A DNA stretch of 64,000 bases from a virus: positions 64,001 to 128,000 of the IMG/VR virus record IMGVR_UViG_3300021962_000028, one strand, 5' to 3'. The notes beneath the pieces were generated by a model. The model was not told the origin of the DNA, ran no database searches, and was given only the letters and a program-made list of their open reading frames with translations. The position numbers and the translations under genes are program-made. This document shows, piece after piece, positions 1-10,998 of this stretch (its first letter is position 1; every line of letters starts with the position of its first letter).

Positions 1-882
1 AAATTTATTTGCAACACGTTGTACATAAGCTTCAACATCCTTATCGTCCATATTACCAACAAATACCTTAAAGATTCTTCTTTCAGGTGCTCTTGATGTA
101 CGATAGATTAACATTGCGTCTTCCGATAATAATAACTGTTTCCAAATACGTCTTGCTTTTTCTAACATAGAAGTACCATAAGGAAGTTTTCTATCATCAC
201 CCAATAATCTAAAGTGGGCAATTTCCCAAGTATTGAATGACATATCTTTATTCTTCCAATTGAATGCAAGTGCTTTTTGCTCACCTTCGCCACTGTCTAA
301 ATTAGATTTACCTTTCATACCTCTTTCAACCCTTTCAATCTCAATGTTAGGTAATTGCATACATCCAACAATTCCTTTCTCAGGGTCTAATTTAAGATAA
401 ACAAAATTATCACCGTACTTACAAGTGTTTCTAGTCCACATTGCAAGGTTAGTGTTAATATCTAACACATTGTTAAATAAATCAGCCAATACTGATTTAA
501 TACGTTTTGATTCTGAGTATATTTGTAGGATGTAACCGTTTTGGTCGGCAGTTGTAGATTCTTCGGCATAAATGTCTAACGCTGCGGAAATCTCAGGAGT
601 ATACTCCATAGATTCGTAGTCGTAATACGACGCCAATCTTGTTGGTTCAAAATAAACTCCTTGACTGTAGAGGTTATTTTCTATTTTAGTCCACTGATTT
701 GCAAGATAGAATGTTTGTTGGGCTTGTAATTTAGCCTTCTCATATTCTTGTGCATTTGTTGTTTTTAATAACTCTTTCTTATCGTATTTAAAAACGGGGT
801 AATCCTGATTCATTAAAGAATTAGGACCAAAGGTCTGTGATAACCTTTGCCAAACCGTTAAATCTCTATTTTCATTACTCAT
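1..882 (-). CDS. Portal protein, T4 gp20-like (partial, runs off the window start)
   Basis: Not in the ORF track. Manual translation MSNENRDLTVWQRLSQ...EISAALDIYAEE...CKYGDNF...PYGTSMLEKARRIWKQLLLSEDAMLIYRTSRAPERRIFKVFVGN matches T4-like portal motifs. Lies next to the terminase. Confidence 0.9.
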   Translation of the reverse strand, partial: MSNENRDLTVWQRLSQTFGPNSLMNQDYPVFKYDKKELLKTTNAQEYEKAKLQAQQTFYLANQWTKIENNLYSQGVYFEPTRLASYYDYESMEYTPEISAALDIYAEESTTADQNGYILQIYSESKRIKSVLADLFNNVLDINTNLAMWTRNTCKYGDNFVYLKLDPEKGIVGCMQLPNIEIERVERGMKGKSNLDSGEGEQKALAFNWKNKDMSFNTWEIAHFRLLGDDRKLPYGTSMLEKARRIWKQLLLSEDAMLIYRTSRAPERRIFKVFVGNMDDKDVEAYVQRVANKF

Positions 883-918
883 AATTAAAATTTAGTATAA
901 TTTAAAAATATATAAACA

Positions 919-2685
919 TTATCTCGACCTACCGAACAACCATAAATATTTTTGATAGTCATTTTTAGTCGCCTCGTTAGAATAATTCTGATGGTTAGGC
1001 ATTCCTGCAGGAATTACAGGATTAAACGACACCTGTCTACCAATTTCCTCATTATTATTTACCGTCCAAGAACTTAACATTGCTTTAGTCTGTTCTGTTA
1101 CTTTGGTCAGCTGATTAAATGAATTCTCACCAACATATGTTGCCATAGCAATTGCCATAATCAAATCATCGTGATGACCTTTTTGGTGGTCTGGTCTTCC
1201 GTTTATATATACAAAGGTATTCATCTCATTAAAGAGTCTATTACTATAGATTTTAAATCCGTGTCTCATAGATTCTTCAAATGAAGAAATTATTTGAACC
1301 CTCTTGTTATTAAAGTTTAACCCTGGAATCTTATCTAAAGCTTTAGGGTCGTATTTCCATTTATTACCCATTTCAACTCCATCAATATACAAGTTCTTAT
1401 AATTCATCTCCTGTAATTTTCGAGCAGTTGAAACCCCCATACCTCCTGTGATATCAATAACCACAAACGCACTATACATCATCGCCCATTTATAAGCAAT
1501 CTCTGCAGCTACGTCAGGTGGGATTTTACCTATGTATTCTAATACTTGTTCTCTTTCGTCAAAATCAATAATAATCATTGAAGTAAAGTCTTCAGAATCT
1601 CCTCTTGATACGTCAACACCCATAATATATTTATGACCTTCAACAGGTTCTTTCCACATCCATAATGCACCTCCCATCATTCTATTGGTAGGTTCTTTTA
1701 ACATATTTTGATGAATATCTTGTAATTGTTTTGAATCAAATACGTTATCACCAGAACCTAAGAAGTTACACTCTAACTCCTGAGACACTTTACGTTTATC
1801 GTATTTTAATTTTTTAACCATACCCTCAAACCAACTTGATGTAGGTTTATATCCGTCGGCAAGTTTTTGTTTGATTTCTTCAAAATCTCTTAATCTAGGG
1901 TCTATGGATGAATAATCGATAGTATCAATCTCCTTATATTCATCTCGATTTAAATAAAAGTGAATTAAGTCTTCAACTTTTAGTAATTTTAAATCTTTAG
2001 TGTATCTTGGGTCTTTAAACCAATACATCTCTGAGATTTTGAATTCATTCATACCTCGTAATGCTTGGTCATATATTTCATAGTAGATTGGGTCATAACC
2101 GTTAGGTGTTGATACCACAATCACTTTACCCCCTGTTGAAAGGGATGCCATACAAGCCGCCCAAAAATCTCCATCGGCTTCAATATATGCAGCTTCGTCA
2201 AATACAAGAATTGTTGGAGTATAACCCCTTAACGCATCTCGTGATGTTGCAACCGCCTTAACTTCACATCCGTTAGTTAACTTATAGTGTCTTTGTGAAT
2301 TTTTTTCACTTGAAAACCCTACACCTGTCCAATTAGGCCATTGTTCAGTAAAACCTCTAATCTTATTTGCCATCTCAACCGCAGTATCCAATTTGTTGGC
2401 GATGATTAGAATTTTTTCAGGTTTTTTCTTAGACGCAAATACTAAACGTTTTGACGCCCAAGCTGCGGTAACTGTAGATACTCCAGCTTGTCGGTATTTT
2501 AACGCAATATTTTCATTGTAATTCTCGTAATCCTCCAATAAGGTTACTTGGTCAGGAAATAATTCCAAAGGGACATACTGAGATACAGTATTGTCATAGG
2601 TCTGTAAATAAGTTTTAAGTGCGTAAGGAGTATTCTTTACGCACTTAGTATATTCTAATATTAATTGTTCTTTAGTAAAAGCCAT
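919..2685 (-). CDS. terL: Terminase large subunit (T4 gp17-like)
   Basis: KYRQAGVST Walker A variant, LVFDEAA Walker B, STPNG motif, nuclease GVDVSRG and HDDLIMA. Confidence 0.93.
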   Translation of the reverse strand: MAFTKEQLILEYTKCVKNTPYALKTYLQTYDNTVSQYVPLELFPDQVTLLEDYENYNENIALKYRQAGVSTVTAAWASKRLVFASKKKPEKILIIANKLDTAVEMANKIRGFTEQWPNWTGVGFSSEKNSQRHYKLTNGCEVKAVATSRDALRGYTPTILVFDEAAYIEADGDFWAACMASLSTGGKVIVVSTPNGYDPIYYEIYDQALRGMNEFKISEMYWFKDPRYTKDLKLLKVEDLIHFYLNRDEYKEIDTIDYSSIDPRLRDFEEIKQKLADGYKPTSSWFEGMVKKLKYDKRKVSQELECNFLGSGDNVFDSKQLQDIHQNMLKEPTNRMMGGALWMWKEPVEGHKYIMGVDVSRGDSEDFTSMIIIDFDEREQVLEYIGKIPPDVAAEIAYKWAMMYSAFVVIDITGGMGVSTARKLQEMNYKNLYIDGVEMGNKWKYDPKALDKIPGLNFNNKRVQIISSFEESMRHGFKIYSNRLFNEMNTFVYINGRPDHQKGHHDDLIMAIAMATYVGENSFNQLTKVTEQTKAMLSSWTVNNNEEIGRQVSFNPVIPAGMPNHQNYSNEATKNDYQKYLWLFGRSR

Positions 2686-2688
2686 AAA

Positions 2689-3975
2689 TTACTTAGGTCT
2701 TGAGATACCCAAGCCACCTAAGAAATCATCTAAACCGTCATCGTCATCGTCATCATCGTAGTCATCTTCATAACTTCCTAATGAATCTTCTAAATCACGT
2801 TTTTTCAAATCAGTAATAATATCTTTAACCATATCTTGTAAGAATTTCTCACCTTTAGGGTCTCCAGATAATATTTGTTTCGCAACTTCAAAAAACTGTT
2901 TTGTGTCTAACGCTGAAAATCTAGCGAACAGGTAGTGTTGGATATGTTTTTTATCTTCATCAAAGACTTCCATAGGATATGATTGAGAGAATTTCTCCCA
3001 AATAACAGGTCCCAATCTTAAGTCCCAAATCTCGTTAGGTAGAGTATCTGTACTTCCCATAATCATTTGTTGTGATTTAGGGTCATCTGGTAATCCGTGA
3101 GTACCAAAAACCTCCATAACTCCTTTAATAAGTTCGTGAATTAAAACAGGGAAAAATAATCCTCTCGCTTTAATTGTTGGTGGGTCAGTAGTATCGTCAA
3201 CTTCTTCTTTACCAGCCATACTTGACGGATTACCCGCCATCATTTGTACGGCTTCGTCAGGCATTAACCAATAAACTAAATCATTAATCGACATCAATAC
3301 CCCGTATAAGTTTAATAATTGAGGGTCAATTCTATTTAACTCAGCTCTAACCAATTCAAACATATAATGTCCTTTTTTAGAAGAACCTTGAATTAACGCA
3401 TTAATGAATCTACGTTTAGCCTTTTCTAAGTCAAACTTTTCCATTGCAGTCATAAAATCGTCTAAATCTTCTTCAGCATCTTGACTACCAAATTGTTGTT
3501 CAATCTCTTCTTCTTCTGGTTCCTCACCTTGTTGTTGGAATCTACTTTGGTCAATACCCCCCATACCAACTAGTTTGGCGTCAAATTGGAAAGACCCGTC
3601 AGGAATTCCCATTTCTTTGATAACTAAATCGACCGCTAATTTCTCAAGATATTCTTTATTTTGAGACTCAATTTGCATAACTCTTTGAACCGCACCCATT
3701 AGGGCTCTTTGTAGTTGCATAAAAGCGTTTTGTCCTGATATGTCTTCCATACCCGTATAACGTTTTACTCGTTCAACAACATCTTTAAATCTTTTAGATG
3801 CAACCAATTCTTCAAAGTTATCAGGAACACCGTTCTTATCCACATCAGGGAACGCGGGGTTTTTTGATAAACTTGTTGTTTGAGTTCTAAGTTTATTCTC
3901 CAAGTCAGGATTCATTCTTTCTCGTCCTTGACCGTAATCTATAGCTTCTTTAGCGTCTAATTTAAACTTTGCCAT
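2689..3975 (-). CDS. Hypothetical protein of the head-assembly module
   Basis: 428-aa ORF abutting terL, acidic C-terminus. Confidence 0.6.
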   Translation of the reverse strand: MAKFKLDAKEAIDYGQGRERMNPDLENKLRTQTTSLSKNPAFPDVDKNGVPDNFEELVASKRFKDVVERVKRYTGMEDISGQNAFMQLQRALMGAVQRVMQIESQNKEYLEKLAVDLVIKEMGIPDGSFQFDAKLVGMGGIDQSRFQQQGEEPEEEEIEQQFGSQDAEEDLDDFMTAMEKFDLEKAKRRFINALIQGSSKKGHYMFELVRAELNRIDPQLLNLYGVLMSINDLVYWLMPDEAVQMMAGNPSSMAGKEEVDDTTDPPTIKARGLFFPVLIHELIKGVMEVFGTHGLPDDPKSQQMIMGSTDTLPNEIWDLRLGPVIWEKFSQSYPMEVFDEDKKHIQHYLFARFSALDTKQFFEVAKQILSGDPKGEKFLQDMVKDIITDLKKRDLEDSLGSYEDDYDDDDDDDGLDDFLGGLGISRPK

Positions 3976-4880
3976 TATTTTTTTAATTTAATTCCGATAG
4001 TATCAAATGACATCCAAGACGGTAACTCTTTGTTAGTTCTCGCCTTAGGAGCTGGTGATGTTTTTGGTTTATAAGGACTATCCTTATCTGGTTTTGGTGG
4101 AGTTTTAATTCCAGGTTTTGTTGTTGGTTTAGTCGGAGCGGGAGCGTTCGCAACCATTGATTCTTTAGTCTCCGATTTTCTTGCTTTAGGAGCTGGTGAT
4201 GTTTTTGGTTTGTAAGGACTATCCTTATCAGGTTTTGACGGGGTTTTAACAGGAGTCTTCACAGGAGCCTCTTTAGTATTATTTTCCGTAACATCAATAG
4301 ACCCTAAAGTACCAATTGGTTTGTTAAGTGTTTTTTTTGTAATTAGATTCATTAAATCTCCTTTTTTCATTTTTGCATTTGAGTGTTTCTCAAGCAAATA
4401 TAGGATTTTATTTTCTAAAATCACAGAAGTAATATCTTTTCCCTCATTCATAGATTGTTTGATGGCTTTAACACATCTTTCATATTTGTTATTCTGTTTT
4501 GAATTCCACATATGTCTTTCAGTTGTACCAAATTCATTACCTAATTGAGAAGTACAAATTGCGAATGGATTAATCTTTTTAGTTTTTTTCTTTTTACCTT
4601 CAGACATTTCACCTTCATTGGTAACATCCATACTACCATCAGCATTCATTTTAACCGCTCTACCTCCTGGTAATGCCTTACCTTTACTCTTAGCATCTTG
4701 AACTTCGCTAGCCGAATATTTAGTGATACTAGTTTGTATTGTTTGAGCTTCTTTAGTTTCTTTCTTTTTACCTTCTACAAGGTTTCTATGTAATGTGTCA
4801 ATTTCTGACTCACTTAAAGTCATTAAGGTTTTTGGACTAAAACCAAAATCTACTAATTTTGAGTATTTGTTAGTTTTCAT
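3975..4880 (-). CDS. Hypothetical Lys/Pro-rich protein, possibly prohead core
   Basis: Duplicated KPDKDSPYKPKTSPAPKAR motif and many x-x-E-A/S sites. Confidence 0.55.
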   Translation of the reverse strand: MKTNKYSKLVDFGFSPKTLMTLSESEIDTLHRNLVEGKKKETKEAQTIQTSITKYSASEVQDAKSKGKALPGGRAVKMNADGSMDVTNEGEMSEGKKKKTKKINPFAICTSQLGNEFGTTERHMWNSKQNNKYERCVKAIKQSMNEGKDITSVILENKILYLLEKHSNAKMKKGDLMNLITKKTLNKPIGTLGSIDVTENNTKEAPVKTPVKTPSKPDKDSPYKPKTSPAPKARKSETKESMVANAPAPTKPTTKPGIKTPPKPDKDSPYKPKTSPAPKARTNKELPSWMSFDTIGIKLKK

Positions 4881-5280
4881 ATACTACTTTTTTTTCAAAT
4901 TCAAGAACGACATCTCGTTCGTATAATTTATTTTTAACCTCTTGTTCGGTTTCACCAAAATTAAATACTAATCGTTTAGTAACTGTAAAATCAGTATTTT
5001 CATTTTCTTTCTCCCAACCTAAGGCAATCACCCCATCCATACAATCCATAAAACTAAAAAAATCAGAGTTCTGTATTAATTCTAACTCTATTGAGGTATT
5101 TTTCAGTACTCCGACTTTTTTTATATAATCAAGTTCAGGTGGTTTAGGGTAACCGTTGGAAGGTTTTGCCTCCCAACTTTCATCCCAAATATCAGTTTTA
5201 TCTTCAGAAAAAATAAACTCATACATATTATCCCCTTTATAGTTAGGACCTAACCCATTTATAAAGACTAAATAACTCAT
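4870..5280 (-). CDS. Hypothetical protein
   Basis: 136-aa ORF overlapping neighbours in an operon. Confidence 0.6.
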   Translation of the reverse strand: MSYLVFINGLGPNYKGDNMYEFIFSEDKTDIWDESWEAKPSNGYPKPPELDYIKKVGVLKNTSIELELIQNSDFFSFMDCMDGVIALGWEKENENTDFTVTKRLVFNFGETEQEVKNKLYERDVVLEFEKKVVYEN

Positions 5281-6662
5281 ATAAGACTACCTTTAGGTGA
5301 TATTTTATATTGTTTATAACCTAATTCAAATACTAAGTTTTTCTTATTTGTTTTACCAACAAGTTTAGCGTTAACATTTTCTTTTAGGAATTTTTTAGCA
5401 CTAACCTCTTGTTGTATTGATTCAGATAGTCTTTTGATTTCACCATTTAATTCAGACAAAGTAATTTTAGTTTTTACTTTTCTTTCTTCATTAATTGTTT
5501 TGTTAAATTTCTTTTCACTTTCAGTTATAGTAAAATATTTCATTAACGTATCTTCAATTTTAGATTCGAACATTGAACTAGCGATACTATCTAAATGTTT
5601 AGAATCTTCACTCATCTCACCACCGTCAGAACCAAATCTTGCACCTGTTGCTTTTAATGCCGTTGTTTGTGCAATATCATTACCTAAGTCAGCCCAAGCG
5701 TTTTCTTCACTCATTTCTCCAAAACCAATAGGTTCTTCATCACCAGGAATTGGTTGTTCCTCGTCAAAATTATCTTCGTCATTTTCTTCGTCATCATTAC
5801 CAAATTTTTCTTCAGGATTGAATTCTTCTTCCGCACCTTCTAATTTGTTAACAATATCTTCCATATCGTCTTCATCTAATTTTTCCAAATCTAACGCAGA
5901 CAATATTGAATTAATAACGTACTTAATGTCTTTTGATGACATAGATTCTTCTTCATCTTCAGAAGAATTTAACGTTCTTAATTTTTGACCTAATTTACCT
6001 GTAAGTTTTTGTATTGTTTTGAATGTTACAACCTCGTCATTTTCTTCATTACCTTCCATATCATCCGTTCCCATATCGTCAGTTCCCATATCGTCAGTTC
6101 CCATATCATCCGTTCCCATATCACCTGTTGGTGATGGGGGTGGTGGTGGAACATCTCCCATATCATCTGTTGGAGCAGGAGGTGGAGGTGGGACATCCCC
6201 TAAAGGAGCCGCGGGTGGAGCTGGTGGTGGAGGTGGTACATTTTCTACCTCGTCGGTAGGGTTAGAATTTTTTTTTTCTGATTTCGGAGTTTTTAATGTA
6301 AATCTTTTTTGTTCCGAAAACAATGATGTACCTTCATCATTACCATATAATTCATTCATTTCTTTAGCCATTAAATTTAATCTTTTTAACGCTTGAGAAT
6401 ATGAATCATAATATTTTCTTTCTCTCATAGGTGCGATATAATCGACCTCTGATTCTGAAATAGTTTGTTTAATAATATAACCTGTCTTTTCTCTAACAAT
6501 TTGGTATTCATTACCGTCAGCAAGTTGAAGGCTATATTCGTTTTTAGACGTTTCATTAATTCGGGATGGGGTACTCTCGTTAAATCTTGCGATTTCAAGA
6601 ATCCTTTGTATTTTTTCCATACCTTGAAGTTTTTCACTTCCTATTGGTTTTAAATCTGCCAT
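5277..6662 (-). CDS. Acidic, Pro-rich protein, possible scaffold/prohead core
   Basis: Poly-Pro tracts, DDMGT repeats, many I/L-x-E-S sites, position in the head module. Confidence 0.5.
   Translation of the reverse strand: MADLKPIGSEKLQGMEKIQRILEIARFNESTPSRINETSKNEYSLQLADGNEYQIVREKTGYIIKQTISESEVDYIAPMRERKYYDSYSQALKRLNLMAKEMNELYGNDEGTSLFSEQKRFTLKTPKSEKKNSNPTDEVENVPPPPPAPPAAPLGDVPPPPPAPTDDMGDVPPPPPSPTGDMGTDDMGTDDMGTDDMGTDDMEGNEENDEVVTFKTIQKLTGKLGQKLRTLNSSEDEEESMSSKDIKYVINSILSALDLEKLDEDDMEDIVNKLEGAEEEFNPEEKFGNDDEENDEDNFDEEQPIPGDEEPIGFGEMSEENAWADLGNDIAQTTALKATGARFGSDGGEMSEDSKHLDSIASSMFESKIEDTLMKYFTITESEKKFNKTINEERKVKTKITLSELNGEIKRLSESIQQEVSAKKFLKENVNAKLVGKTNKKNLVFELGYKQYKISPKGSLI
6057..6121 (-). 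repeat. 15-nt tandem repeat encoding (DMGTD)n
   Basis: Repeated ccatatc(a/g)tc(c/a)gttc units. Confidence 0.8.
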
Positions 6663-6692
6663 TTTATTTTTATTTTAACTTTTTTTAATTTA

Positions 6693-6875
6693 TTAACTGT
6701 TTAACCCATTAGGTCCTCCTAATGTAACCATTTGTAATTGTACAACCGCATCACCAGCACCATTAGTGTATGTTGGATGTGGGGTGTCAACGTAAGTTGC
6801 AGTAGTCCCTTGGTCAGTGTCGCACACTACACAAATTTCGGACGTAAATGTTCCAGCGCTATATGTTGTTGCCAT
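6693..6875 (-). CDS. Small hypothetical protein
   Basis: 60-aa ORF downstream of a TATTTATA motif. Confidence 0.55.
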   Translation of the reverse strand: MATTYSAGTFTSEICVVCDTDQGTTATYVDTPHPTYTNGAGDAVVQLQMVTLGGPNGLNS

Positions 6876-6911
6876 AGTATTTTTTTATCTATAAATATAT
6901 CAAACTAACCA

Positions 6912-7697
6912 TTATTTCAAAGATTTGTTAATCTTCTCTTGTAATGATAGTCTTTCATCTGTTAGTTTATTTTCAAAATCATAAAGTTTTTCAATATACC
7001 CATTTCGTCTTAGTACCTTAAATACCAAGTTTTCGTTAGAATATTCTCCACCCTTTTCTAAACCACACTGTCTAAATTTCTTTATTTTTTCTTTATATTT
7101 TTTGATTAATTCTTTAGCATCCTCTAGTTCTTCATCTCCAGCGTTTTCAATTACACCGTCAATTATTTCCATCCATTGTTCTGATTTATGTTTAATCTCA
7201 TCAATGTTAATACTAACGTCTTCTTTTTTTGGTTTCTTAATCCACTCATCGAATAATACAGAATAAACCCCCGTACTTTCGTGAGGTTCCTTTTCATCTT
7301 GAGCATACAACTCAACTTCATATTTTTTTATAGTAATGTCGTGAGTGTTGTTGAACAACATTTTTTTAAGATTAAAAAGTTTTTGATATAACTCAACTGA
7401 TTCTTTTGGGAATTGGTCAAAGTCGATTAATAAGTGTAAATCAAAGTCTGAAAATTTTGACCAATTATAATTTGATAGTGACCCTGTTAGAATTATATCA
7501 CCAACAAATACTGGAACGTCTAAGAACTCTATAAATTCATAAGCTATCTCAAGTAGTCTTTCTCTAATTTCAGGTTTCATAGTTTCAACCTGTCCTTTAG
7601 GGTCGGACATAAATCTTTCGTTGGGTAATACCCAAACATCAGGATTTAATTCATCCTGCAATAAAAAACTTTTTAAAATTTCAGATTGTTGTCCCAT
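6912..7697 (-). CDS. Pol-beta superfamily nucleotidyltransferase
   Basis: GSLSNYNWSKFSDFDLH matches the GS...DxD motif, with a later E-L-Y acidic strand. Confidence 0.7.
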   Translation of the reverse strand: MGQQSEILKSFLLQDELNPDVWVLPNERFMSDPKGQVETMKPEIRERLLEIAYEFIEFLDVPVFVGDIILTGSLSNYNWSKFSDFDLHLLIDFDQFPKESVELYQKLFNLKKMLFNNTHDITIKKYEVELYAQDEKEPHESTGVYSVLFDEWIKKPKKEDVSINIDEIKHKSEQWMEIIDGVIENAGDEELEDAKELIKKYKEKIKKFRQCGLEKGGEYSNENLVFKVLRRNGYIEKLYDFENKLTDERLSLQEKINKSLK

Positions 7698-7727
7698 TAT
7701 ACATAAATACTTAAAAAGTTAACTTTG

Positions 7728-7982
7728 TTAAACCTTTTTGTATTTATGTACCTTAGAAATGTTTGTATTGAAAAACTTACCCTGTGATTCAGCCATTCTA
7801 AACTGAGTATAAGTTTTATGAGTAACGTCATCGTACTCATATTTAGTTCCATTTTTAAACTCAACAACAAGTTTACTTGTTTCAGTATCATACTCGGTTT
7901 TAACCAAATTTGTTGAGTCTATTTCGTTAATAATTTTAGTACCTAATATCGTTTCTTTTTTGATTCCCATATCATTAATCAT
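7728..7982 (-). CDS. KTSC-domain protein
   Basis: STNL...YD..T.KL.VEFKNG..YEY..V....Y..F..AESQGKFFN..I is the KTSC consensus. Confidence 0.85.
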   Translation of the reverse strand: MINDMGIKKETILGTKIINEIDSTNLVKTEYDTETSKLVVEFKNGTKYEYDDVTHKTYTQFRMAESQGKFFNTNISKVHKYKKV

Positions 7983-8280
7983 TTGGATTATTTAGTGGAG
8001 TTTCTTCATCAATGTGTTTCATCTCTTTCTTAAGATAATCAATAAACTCATTATGGTCAATATCAAAATACATCCTAACCTCATTAAATAACCTTTTATG
8101 TTCACTACTAAAGTCTTGATAATATTTCATAATATCTTGTGGATAATATGGAGGTTTAACTAAGTCTTCTTCGGACCATCCTTCTCGTTTAAAACAATGA
8201 CGTAATTTACGATAAATTTTTTGTAACTGACTATCAGCGTCAAGTTGTTTTATATATTTCTCAAAAGGTCTCATAGACAT
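7975..8280 (-). CDS. Hypothetical protein
   Basis: 101-aa ORF. Confidence 0.5.
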   Translation of the reverse strand: MSMRPFEKYIKQLDADSQLQKIYRKLRHCFKREGWSEEDLVKPPYYPQDIMKYYQDFSSEHKRLFNEVRMYFDIDHNEFIDYLKKEMKHIDEETPLNNPND

Positions 8281-8324
8281 AAATATATTAAAAATAAAAA
8301 ACCCCCATTGATTGGGGGTTTGTT

Positions 8325-8771
8325 TTATGACTTTAGTTTTTTCAACATATCTCTCAATTCAATCGACTTTTCAAAATCTTGGTCGTTTATAGATTTTTTA
8401 AGTTCTAGTTCTAATTTAGAAATCTCTTCTTGATTAGACTCGTATTTTTTAATTTGGTCTCTAAGTTTAACCGCTTCTTCAAATTTTTCAGATTCAACTG
8501 CAGATTTAAGTTTTCTTTTTAAATCATTAATTACTGAATCGTCGTTTGATTTTACATTTCTACTACCACCCGTTCTAATAAAACTTGTGACGTGTACAGA
8601 ACCATCATCAGAAATAAAAGTCTCTTTTGTCCAATTACCTAATTCGTCGGTTCCCTTCTCAACCTCACTTTTATTTGGTAGACCACCAAAAATTGAATCG
8701 AATTGACTAAACATTGAGTCGAATTCGTTAAATAAGTCATTAAAATTGTTTTTTCTTCTTCCGAAAATCAT
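8325..8771 (-). CDS. Protein with two UVR (UvrB/UvrC) coiled-coil motifs, candidate ClpC adaptor
   Basis: AVESEKFEEAVKLRDQI and SINDQDFEKSIELRDML; divergent from clpC. Confidence 0.75.
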   Translation of the reverse strand: MIFGRRKNNFNDLFNEFDSMFSQFDSIFGGLPNKSEVEKGTDELGNWTKETFISDDGSVHVTSFIRTGGSRNVKSNDDSVINDLKRKLKSAVESEKFEEAVKLRDQIKKYESNQEEISKLELELKKSINDQDFEKSIELRDMLKKLKS

Positions 8772-8878
8772 AGTTTTAAAATTTTGTTTTAAATTTATTT
8801 TTTATTTTCAATTATTCTATCTAAATTTGTACCGTAACAATAATAAAAGAAATATTGTCATAAGTCAATACCCTTATG

Positions 8879-8922
8879 TGACACAATGTCATATATAAAT
8901 ATTATCACCTGACATTATGTCA
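8879..8922. promoter_or_regulatory. Two TGACA-N3-TGTCA palindromes, candidate operator
   Basis: tgacacaatgtca at 8879-8891 and tgacattatgtca at 8910-8922, between the divergent UVR gene and clpC. Confidence 0.6.
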
Positions 8923-8948
8923 ATATTGGATTTTTAGAATAATTTTTG

Positions 8949-8956
8949 TACCTTTG
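8949..8956 (+). promoter_or_regulatory. Bacteroidota-type -7 promoter element (TAnnTTTG) for clpC
   Basis: tacctttg shortly upstream of the clpC ATG. Confidence 0.65.
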
Positions 8957-8973
8957 TAAAAAAATAAAATAAT

Positions 8974-10998
8974 ATGATAGAATCAATGGACAATGACAAC
9001 AGAAAAGAGAACAAACGACCTTCTGACTCATCAACACCCGCTTTAGACAATTTTAGTCGTGATTTGATTAAACTTGCCGAACAAGGTAAATTAGACCCTG
9101 TAGTAGGTAGAGAGAAAGAAATCTTACGTATTGCTCAAATACTTTCCCGTAGAAAGAAAAATAACCCAATTATCATTGGAGAACCTGGTTGTGGTAAAAC
9201 CGCAATTGTTGAAGGTTTGGCAATGAAAATCTATGAAGGGGATTGTCCAAGAAATCTAGCCGACAAAAGAATTCTTTCATTAGATATGACTTCGATTGTT
9301 GCTGGTACAAAATACCGTGGTCAATTTGAAGAAAGAATGAAAGTTCTTATTGAAGAACTTCAGGCCAACCCTGACATTATCATCTTTATTGATGAAATTC
9401 ATACAATAGTTGGTGCAGGTAATTCTTCAGGGTCGTTAGATGCTTCAAATATCTTTAAACCCGCACTCGCTCGTGGAGAAATCCAATGTATCGGAGCGAC
9501 AACATTAGACGAATATCGTAAAAACTTTGAAAAAGATGGGGCGTTAGAGCGTCGTTTTCAAAAGGTTATTGTTGATGGGGCAACTAAAGAAGAAACTTTG
9601 GTCATCCTTAAAAATCTTAAAGACAAGTATGAGGGGTTTCATAAGGTATCCTTCAGTGATGAAGTTCTTGAGACTTGTGTAACTTTGGCGGAACGTTATA
9701 TCACAGATAGAGAATTCCCTGATAAAGCAATTGATATTCTTGATGAGGTTGGGGCACGTAGTCAGGTTGATATGAAACTTCCTGAAATTATTGAAGAGTT
9801 AAAAACCAAAGCACTTGATATTAAGAACCAAAAGGTTGAGGTTGTTAAAAATCAACGTTATGAGGAGGCCGCAGAACTTAGAGATAAGGAGAGAAAGATT
9901 TTGTCAAAACTTGATGAGGAGAAGAAAAAATTCGAGCAAGATTTGACTACAAAACGTAAAGAAGTTTCTTTAGAATTAGTTTACGATGTTGTTTCTAATA
10001 TGACTAAAATCCCTGTTAGTAAATTGAATGCGGATGATACTAAGGCTTTAGTCGATTTAGATAAAACTTTAAATACCAAAGTTATTGGTCAAGAAGAGGC
10101 GGTTAAACGTATTGCAAAATCAATTAAAAGAAATCGTTTAGGTATTAAAGACCCAAATCGACCAATCGGTTCATTTATTTTCTTAGGGTCCACAGGTGTT
10201 GGTAAAACTTATTTAGCGAAACAATTAGCTAAAGAAGTGTTTGGTAGTGAAGATTCGTTAATCCGTGTGGATATGTCTGAGTACCAAGAGAAACATACCG
10301 TATCTCGTTTAATCGGAGCACCTCCAGGATATGTTGGTTATGATGAGGGAGGTCAATTAACTGAACAAGTTAAAAATAAACCTTATTCGGTAATCTTATT
10401 TGACGAGATTGAGAAGGCAAATAAAGATATTTTCTCATCTTTACTTCAAATGTTGGATGATGGACATATGACGGATGGTTTAGGTCGTAAAATTAACTTT
10501 AAGAATTGTATCATCATTATGACATCAAACTTAGGGGTTAAAAAATTACAAGACTTTGGTAATGGTGTTGGGTTCTCAAATTCTAATAACGCTTTTGTTA
10601 ACGAAGAATTAAGAAAACAAACACTACAGAAAGAATTGAAAAAATTCTTTTCACCTGAATTCTTAAACCGTATTGATGATACTATTATCTTTAATAGTTT
10701 AGGTCAAAACGACGTTGATAAAATTGTCGCTATCGAATTAGATAAGTTAAAAGTTCGTTTAGATAGTATGAAATATCAAATCACGTTTGATAAGTCAATT
10801 TCTGAAATGATTTCGAAAGTAGGTTTTGATGAAATGTACGGAGCACGTCCTCTAAAAAGAGCAATCCAAGATAAGGTTGAGGATTACATCTCGGAAGAAG
10901 TTCTTAGAAATAACATTAAAGAGGGTGTTAAATACGTTTTAACTACCGAAGATGGTGAGACTGTATCAATTCAGTCTAAAAAGAAAAAAGGGGTTTAA
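8974..10998 (+). CDS. clpC: ClpC-like AAA+ unfoldase lacking the N-terminal domain
   Basis: Two Walker A motifs ([16 protein letters not shown]), UVR M-domain ([11 protein letters not shown]), GVGF ClpP-docking-type loop, GARPLKR. Confidence 0.92.
   Translation: MIESMDNDNRKENKRPSDSSTPALDNFSRDLIKLAEQGKLDPVVGREKEILRIAQILSRRKKNNPIIIGEPGCGKTAIVEGLAMKIYEGDCPRNLADKRILSLDMTSIVAGTKYRGQFEERMKVLIEELQANPDIIIFIDEIHTIVGAGNSSGSLDASNIFKPALARGEIQCIGATTLDEYRKNFEKDGALERRFQKVIVDGATKEETLVILKNLKDKYEGFHKVSFSDEVLETCVTLAERYITDREFPDKAIDILDEVGARSQVDMKLPEIIEELKTKALDIKNQKVEVVKNQRYEEAAELRDKERKILSKLDEEKKKFEQDLTTKRKEVSLELVYDVVSNMTKIPVSKLNADDTKALVDLDKTLNTKVIGQEEAVKRIAKSIKRNRLGIKDPNRPIGSFIFLGSTGVGKTYLAKQLAKEVFGSEDSLIRVDMSEYQEKHTVSRLIGAPPGYVGYDEGGQLTEQVKNKPYSVILFDEIEKANKDIFSSLLQMLDDGHMTDGLGRKINFKNCIIIMTSNLGVKKLQDFGNGVGFSNSNNAFVNEELRKQTLQKELKKFFSPEFLNRIDDTIIFNSLGQNDVDKIVAIELDKLKVRLDSMKYQITFDKSISEMISKVGFDEMYGARPLKRAIQDKVEDYISEEVLRNNIKEGVKYVLTTEDGETVSIQSKKKKGV

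Noticed and set aside
4321-6653. Plus-strand ORFs opposite head-module genes, and similar shadows at 34325, 37433, 37877 and elsewhere
   Set aside because: They are antisense shadows of low-complexity coding sequence with no start context.
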